From positions 64,001-128,000 of the forward strand of contig JAULAX010000005.1 in the NCBI GenBank assembly GCA_032654565.1: a stretch of 64,000 bases of DNA. Direction: 5' to 3'. Positions 58,491-64,000 of this stretch are shown here, piece after piece (the first letter of the stretch is position 1; the number at the start of each line of letters is the position of its first letter). Both the position numbers and the translations under genes were made by a program. Source of the stretch: Anaeromyxobacteraceae bacterium (lineage in GTDB: Bacteria; Myxococcota; Myxococcia; Myxococcales; Anaeromyxobacteraceae). The notes below the pieces were generated by a model that did not search any database, had not been told where the DNA came from, and was given only the letters and a program-made list of their open reading frames with translations.

Positions 58491-59728
58491 CCGCGCCGGA
58501 ATCCGCCCCCGGGAGCGACCCGCTTCCCCTGGCCGGGGTGCGGGTCCTCGACCTCTCGCGGCTCCTCCCCGGCCCCTACGCCTCGCTGGTGCTGGCCGAC
58601 CTGGGCGCCGACGTGGTCAAGGTGGAGGAGCCGGCCGGCGGCGACTACCTGCGCTGGATGCCGCCCCTGGCCGGCCAGCAGTCCGGGGCCTTCCACGCCC
58701 TCAACCGGAACAAGCGCAGCCTGGCGCTCGACCTCAAGGCCCCCGGTGGCCCCGCCGCGCTGCTGCGGCTGGCGGCCGGCGCCGACGTGCTGCTGGAGTC
58801 CTTCCGGCCCGGCGTGCTCGACCGGCTCGGGGTGGGCTGGGAGGCGCTGCGCCAGGCCAACCCGCGCCTGGTGCTCTGCTCCATCAGCGGCTTCGGGCAG
58901 CAGGGGCCCTACCGCGGGCTGGCCGGCCACGACCTCGACTACTGCGCCATCGCCGGGGTGCTGGCGGTGAACGGCCCGGCGGACCGGCCGCTGCCGCTCG
59001 GCGTGCAGGTGGCCGACCTGTGCGGCGGGGCCTGGCCGGCGGTGGCCGGCATCCTCGCCGCGCTGCTGCGCCGGGGCGTCACCGGGGTCGGGGCGCACGT
59101 CGACATCGCCATGGCCGACGGCGTCGCCGCCATGCTGGCCATGCCCCAGGCCATGGCCGACGCCCGCGGCGCCCCGCTCCGCCGCGAGCGTGAGCTGCTC
59201 AACGGCGGCGCCGCCTGCTACCGGGTCTACGCCACCGCCGACGGCCGCCACGTGGCGCTGGGGGCGCTGGAGCCGCAGTTCTTCGCCCGCTTCTGCGCCG
59301 CGGCCGGGCGGCCCGAGCTGGCCGAGCGGCAGTACGACGACGACGGCCGCGGGCCGGTCGAGGAGCTCACCGCCCTCTTCGCCAGCCGCACCCGCGACCA
59401 CTGGGCCCGCCTCGGCCACCAGCACGACTGCTGCCTGGCGCCGGTGCTCAGCGGCGACGAGCCCAGGGCCGACCCGCAGCTGCGCGCCCGCGGCCTCTTC
59501 CTCGAGGTGGAGACGCCCTGGGAGGGGAGGTCGCTGCCGTCGCTGGCCACCCCGGTGCGGCTGGCCGGGGTGACCGCGCCCCGGCGACCGGCGCCGCGGC
59601 TGGGCGAGGACACCGACGACGTGCTGCGCCAGGCCGGGTTCTCGGCGGAGGAGCGGTCCTCGCTGCGGGCGGCCGGCGTGGTCGGCGCCCCGGACGAGCC
59701 GGTGCCCCCGCGGAGCCGGCTGGGCTAG
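58487..59728 (+). CDS. CaiB/BaiF class III CoA transferase (AMACR-like)
   Basis: LADLGADVVKVE, NRNKRS, ESFRPGV, GHDLDY, VADLCGG. Confidence 0.92.
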   Translation: MTAPESAPGSDPLPLAGVRVLDLSRLLPGPYASLVLADLGADVVKVEEPAGGDYLRWMPPLAGQQSGAFHALNRNKRSLALDLKAPGGPAALLRLAAGADVLLESFRPGVLDRLGVGWEALRQANPRLVLCSISGFGQQGPYRGLAGHDLDYCAIAGVLAVNGPADRPLPLGVQVADLCGGAWPAVAGILAALLRRGVTGVGAHVDIAMADGVAAMLAMPQAMADARGAPLRRERELLNGGAACYRVYATADGRHVALGALEPQFFARFCAAAGRPELAERQYDDDGRGPVEELTALFASRTRDHWARLGHQHDCCLAPVLSGDEPRADPQLRARGLFLEVETPWEGRSLPSLATPVRLAGVTAPRRPAPRLGEDTDDVLRQAGFSAEERSSLRAAGVVGAPDEPVPPRSRLG

Positions 59729-59782
59729 AGTGTCCGCACCCGTGGTGGCACCCGCTCCCGCCGCACCGTACCTGGAGGTCCC

Positions 59783-60517
59783 GTGATCCTGCCGAGAACG
59801 CTGCTCCGCGCTGCCCTGCTCCTGGCCCTGCTCCCCGGCCTCGCCGTCGCCGCCCCGACCAAGGAGGGCAAGGCCAAGAAGCCACGGCTCGCCATCCTCG
59901 ACTTCCCGGCCATCCACGGCGCCTACTCCCACTGCAGCGGGTGGGGCAACAACTCCTCGGCCATGTCCGACGCGCTCCGCGAGCTCTTCACCACCGAGAT
60001 CATGGAGAAGGCCAACGGCCGGATCCGGCTGGTGGAGCGGGCCCGGCTCAAGGAGATCCGCTCCGAGCTGGAGTTCCAGAAGTCGGACGAGGTCGACCCC
60101 TCGTCGGCGCAGAAGGCCGGCAAGCTGCTGGGGGCCAGGTACGTCCTCACCGGAAAGATCACCCGCTTCGCCTGCAAGGTGAGCGAGGCCGGCACCGGCT
60201 GGGGCGTGGGCGCGCTGGTCGGCAAGGTGACCGGCAGCGGGCTGGCCGGCTCGGTGGCCGGCAGCGTCAACGTCAAGAACGTCAACTTCACCGGCCGGCT
60301 CGACGCCCGGCTCATCGAGGTGGAGACCGGCGAGATCCTGGTCGCCTTCAAGGACGAGAACGAGACCGGCAACACCTCGGCCAAGGTGGCCGGCACCGGC
60401 GGCGGCGTGCAGTACGACGACGAGCTGGCCAACAAGGTCTTCGAGCCGCTGGTGGCCAAGATGTCGGCCAAGATCATCAAGAAGACGGTGGCCGCCTCCG
60501 AGGACGAGGACGAGTAG
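59783..60517 (+). CDS. CsgG/HfaB-family exported protein
   Basis: Signal peptide; LVERARLKEIRSE, GKLLGARYVLTGKIT, RLIEVETGEI. Confidence 0.82.
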   Translation: MILPRTLLRAALLLALLPGLAVAAPTKEGKAKKPRLAILDFPAIHGAYSHCSGWGNNSSAMSDALRELFTTEIMEKANGRIRLVERARLKEIRSELEFQKSDEVDPSSAQKAGKLLGARYVLTGKITRFACKVSEAGTGWGVGALVGKVTGSGLAGSVAGSVNVKNVNFTGRLDARLIEVETGEILVAFKDENETGNTSAKVAGTGGGVQYDDELANKVFEPLVAKMSAKIIKKTVAASEDEDE

Positions 60518-60521
60518 CCAG

Positions 60522-61493
60522 GTGCTGGCCCTGCTGCTGGCCGCGGCGCTGGCCTCCCCGCCGGCGCCGCTCAAGATCGCCACCCTGCAGCTGGAGGGGG
60601 CCGGCGTGCCCGAGGGCATGGCGGCCTCGGCCACCGTGCTGGTGCCCACCGAGGTGCGCCGGGCCCGGCCCGACGCCGAGGTGATCTCCTCAGAGGACGT
60701 CCGCTCGCTGCTCTCGCACCAGAAGAACCGGCTGATGCTCGGCTGCGGCACCGACGCCGCCTGCCTGGCCGACCTCGGCGGCGTGCTCGGGGTCGACGAG
60801 ATCGTGGCCGGGCGGATCGGCCGGCTCGGCGAGACCTGGGTGCTGGAGCTGCGCCGGCTCGACGTCAAGCAGGCCCGCAACGTCGGCTCGGTGACCCGGG
60901 CGGTGCGGAGCGCCGAGGCGCTGGTGGGGGCGGTCCGCTCCGCCACCGCCGAGCTCTTCGCCACCCCGGCGGCCGCGGGCGGCGCCGGGGCGATGGCGGC
61001 TGGCGCGTCCGCCGCCGGGGCTCCGGGGTCGGGGGCGCCCTCGAGGACCGGGGCGGGCGGTGCCGGGGCCACCGCCGGGGGAGCCGCCGAGCCGGGCGCG
61101 CCGCCGGTGCGGCAGCCCGACGACCCCTCGCTGCCGGGGCCGAGCCTGGTCAAGGACGAGCTCGACCTGGTGCCGCTCGACTACAAGGGGACGCGCCACC
61201 GGGCCGTCTACGACCTGGTGAGGAGGGTGATCGTGGGGGGCGGCTTCCCGCTCGAGCGGGAGCGGCTCGACGACGACGCCGCGCTCTCGCTGCGGACCGA
61301 GTGGACCTCCATCGAGCGGGGGCGGCGGCTCCGCTTCCGGGCCCGGGTCGACGGGCGGGTGGCGCTGGACCTCGACCGCGAGCGCTGCGACGACTCCGGC
61401 TGCCGCGAGACCGACACCCTCTCCCGCGGCGAGCAGCAGCTGGCCGCCGGCGTCTACGCCGTGCTCCGCGCCCAGCTGGTGCTGGTCCGGTAG
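60522..61493 (+). CDS. Hypothetical exported protein (TolB-N/CsgG-like N-terminal fold, Ala/Gly linker)
   Basis: GCGTDAACLADLGGVLGVDEIVAGRIG pattern. Confidence 0.7.
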   Translation: MLALLLAAALASPPAPLKIATLQLEGAGVPEGMAASATVLVPTEVRRARPDAEVISSEDVRSLLSHQKNRLMLGCGTDAACLADLGGVLGVDEIVAGRIGRLGETWVLELRRLDVKQARNVGSVTRAVRSAEALVGAVRSATAELFATPAAAGGAGAMAAGASAAGAPGSGAPSRTGAGGAGATAGGAAEPGAPPVRQPDDPSLPGPSLVKDELDLVPLDYKGTRHRAVYDLVRRVIVGGGFPLERERLDDDAALSLRTEWTSIERGRRLRFRARVDGRVALDLDRERCDDSGCRETDTLSRGEQQLAAGVYAVLRAQLVLVR

Positions 61494-61518
61494 TCTCGCC
61501 GGCCGGCCGCCCCGGGCC

Positions 61519-63540
61519 TCACCAGGCCTGGTGGAAGGCCAGCCGGGCCTCGACCACGTCGCCGCGCAGCTCGACGCCGAGCCGCAGGGCCTGGTGCTGC
61601 GAGAGGCGCAGCCGCAGGTCGAGCCCGGCCCGGGCCTGCACCGCCTGCTGCGCCACCGACCAGGCGGCGCCGGCGCGCAGCCAGCCCTTCCAGGCGCCGG
61701 CCCCGGCCACCAGCCCCAGCGACGGCTCCACCGAGAGGATGGCCGGCCCGGTCCCCAGGTCGGCGTCGAGCATGGCGTAGGCCACCACCCCGGGCGCCAG
61801 CGCCGCGGCCTTCCCCAGCCCGCCTCGCAGGAACCCCTCGGTCCGCGCCAGGCCCTCGTCGAAGACCCGCCGCACCCCGGCGTGGACCAGCCAGGAGGGC
61901 TGCCACTCCCCGGCCACGCTGGCGCGCGCCGTCGCCAGCCGCCGCACCCGGAGGAGATCGACGCCGTCGAAGAAGGGGTGGCCGCGCTGGTCGAGGCCGG
62001 CGCCGACCGAGACCGCCACCATCTCGTCGTGGTCGGAGGGATCCCGGCCGAGCAGGTCGGCCGCGTAGGGCGACCAGCGCAGCACCGCCACGCCGCGCCC
62101 GGCGCCGTCCATGCCGGCGGCCAGGACCGCCAGCATGGGCGCGGGCTGCTCCGCGGGGGACGGCCGCGGTGGCGGCGGGGGCGGCGGCTCCAGGCTGGGG
62201 GGCAGGCCCAGCCGCTCGGTGAGCAGCCGCACCCGGGCCGCCTGGGTGGCCGGCGACGGGGTGGGCTGCTCGGCGGTGTGGCGGTACTCCGACCAGGCCA
62301 GCAGCGCCTCCACCACCTCGGCGCGGCGCCCCTCCGCGAAGGGGGCGAGGCGGGCCGGCAGCGTGGCCAGGCCGTCGGCGACGGCGGCGTTGGCGGCCTC
62401 GGCCTCGGCCGGCGCGAGCGCCTCGAACCGGTGGAGCAGCGCCCGCTGCGCCGAGGGCAGGTACCGGACCCGCGCCACCAGCCCGGGCACGGCGCCGGCG
62501 TCGAGCACCCGCACCCGGTGGAAGAGCTCCACCGGCGAGTACCAGCCGTGCACCCCCTCCACGAAGGGCTGGCCGGTGGCCAGCTGCAGCAGCTCGGCGA
62601 TGCGGAAGGCGCAGTTCTCGCGCAGGAAGTAGTAGGTGAACTTGCGCCCCACCACCTCCCAGAGGTGGGCCACCAGCAGGGTGCGCTGCCACTCGTCGAG
62701 CCCGAGGTCGTAGGCCCACATGTCGCGGTACTCGGTGCGCGTGTAGACGGCGTCCTGCGTGTAGAAGTACTTGTCGGAGAAGCCGGCCTGGTAGCCGCCG
62801 GTGAGGCCGCGCCACAGGTAGACCGGCACCGGCTCGTCGGGCGGCACCAGGGCGCCGTAGTTGAAGGCCAGGTCGAGCAGCTCGCTGCCGCCGGCCCCGG
62901 TGTCGAGCTTGAGCAGGGCGTGGCCGAACGAGGAGGCCGGGTTGCCGAAGTAGCCGCTCACCAGCAGCAGGCTGACGCCGCGCAGCTGGCCGAGGAGCGC
63001 CCAGCGGTCGAAGCGGGGGCACGGGGCTGCCTCGGCGGCCGCCGGCAGGAGCCCCTGTCGCTGCAGCCAGAAGGCCCGCGCCGGGAAGCGGCAGCGCGCC
63101 TCGGTGTCGGGATCGCCGCCGGCCGGGGCCTGCAGCGCCGCCAGGGTGGCGGCCAGCTCGGCCGCGGGGTCGGCGGCGCCGCCGGGGGCCAGGAAGAAGT
63201 CGGGGGACTTCACCTCGCTGGTGCGCCCGTCGGGAGCGTGGAGCAGGCGCAGCCAGGTGGGGTGGCGCGCCAGGCGGGCCAGCGCCTCCGGCGATGGCGG
63301 CGGCGGCGGCTGCGGCGGGGATGGAGGTAGCGACGGTGGTGGCGTCGGGGCCGGGGCCGATCGGTCCGGCTCGGGTGGCTCGGCGGCGGCCGGTGAGGCC
63401 GCCAGCAGCGACGTGAGCAGGACCAGGCCGGCCGCGGCCCGCGCCCCGGTCCGGCGCCAGGAGGCTCCGATCAAGGGGCGACGCCCCACCCGATGGCCTG
63501 GATGGGGCGCCGCGGTGCTGGCTCCGAAGCGGCGGCGCAT
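61519..63540 (-). CDS. DUF4105 (Lnb-like) domain protein with a C-terminal beta-rich region
   Basis: RCRFPAR, NPASSFGHALL, YYFLRENCA; start uncertain. Confidence 0.85.
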   Translation of the reverse strand: MRRRFGASTAAPHPGHRVGRRPLIGASWRRTGARAAAGLVLLTSLLAASPAAAEPPEPDRSAPAPTPPPSLPPSPPQPPPPPSPEALARLARHPTWLRLLHAPDGRTSEVKSPDFFLAPGGAADPAAELAATLAALQAPAGGDPDTEARCRFPARAFWLQRQGLLPAAAEAAPCPRFDRWALLGQLRGVSLLLVSGYFGNPASSFGHALLKLDTGAGGSELLDLAFNYGALVPPDEPVPVYLWRGLTGGYQAGFSDKYFYTQDAVYTRTEYRDMWAYDLGLDEWQRTLLVAHLWEVVGRKFTYYFLRENCAFRIAELLQLATGQPFVEGVHGWYSPVELFHRVRVLDAGAVPGLVARVRYLPSAQRALLHRFEALAPAEAEAANAAVADGLATLPARLAPFAEGRRAEVVEALLAWSEYRHTAEQPTPSPATQAARVRLLTERLGLPPSLEPPPPPPPRPSPAEQPAPMLAVLAAGMDGAGRGVAVLRWSPYAADLLGRDPSDHDEMVAVSVGAGLDQRGHPFFDGVDLLRVRRLATARASVAGEWQPSWLVHAGVRRVFDEGLARTEGFLRGGLGKAAALAPGVVAYAMLDADLGTGPAILSVEPSLGLVAGAGAWKGWLRAGAAWSVAQQAVQARAGLDLRLRLSQHQALRLGVELRGDVVEARLAFHQAW

Positions 63541-63580
63541 GAGAGGCAGGTCGCCGCCTCGACGTCGCGGGTGGCGACGA

Positions 63581-64000
63581 TCAGCTGTTGGTGCAGACCT
63601 TGGCGAAGTCCGACTGGACCCGGGAGGTGTACAGGTTGAAGAGGCCGGCGGCCTGCTGGTACCCGGTGCGGCTGGCGGCGCCCGGCGCGGCCAGCGACCG
63701 GGACAGGTCGGCGCGGAGCGCCGCGGTGACGGCCGGCTGGGCCGAGGCGCTGCACCCGGAGAGCTCGAGGAGCGCGGCGAGGTGCGGGCCCTGGCCGCGG
63801 GCCAGGTCCTGCTCGAGGCGCGGCGCGGCGTCGTTGATGAAGGCGGCGGTGCGGACCACCACGGTCCGGCAGGTCTCGGGCGACGAGACGTTGGAGCTGA
63901 TGGCGGTGGTGCCGAGGTCCCAGGTGATGTTGGTGATGACCGCGACCACCGGGATGCTGCCGGCGATGAGGCCGCCGAGGCCACACTGCGTGTAGATCTC
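63581..64000 (-). CDS. DUF3015-family protein; 5' end outside the window
   Basis: IYTQCGLGG..NITWDLGTTAISS, DLARGQGPHL. Confidence 0.8.
   Translation of the reverse strand, partial: EIYTQCGLGGLIAGSIPVVAVITNITWDLGTTAISSNVSSPETCRTVVVRTAAFINDAAPRLEQDLARGQGPHLAALLELSGCSASAQPAVTAALRADLSRSLAAPGAASRTGYQQAAGLFNLYTSRVQSDFAKVCTNS

Overview
Very GC-rich, gene-dense chromosomal window. Gene content (ZnR-GYF protein, Ser/Thr kinase, FHA-transglycosylase, sigma54 signalling, selAB) points to an Anaeromyxobacter-like myxobacterium; this is inference. About 55 CDS are supported: hslO, selB, selA, nuoLMN, fadIJ, pepT with two OPT transporters, gloA, a ycaQ-like glycosylase, queF, pepA, hisC, two diguanylate cyclases (one with a C-terminal hemerythrin) and two two-component systems. 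Most very long ORFs in the track are GC shadow frames. No tRNA, rRNA or CRISPR array was seen. Highlights: (1) a sigma54 promoter followed directly by a ~65-nt hairpin with a C-rich loop, between an NtrC-type regulator and nuoN, where the Myxococcus Pxr sRNA lies; (2) a RAYT-like HUH/Y1 transposase with a sigma54 promoter and 14-bp inverted repeats, whose end motifs recur on a ~150-bp non-coding element 11 kb away; (3) five sigma54 promoter motifs, several apparently leaderless genes, a probable ATC start codon, a repeat insertion in SelA and one frameshifted gene. All calls are by eye; no database searches were run.
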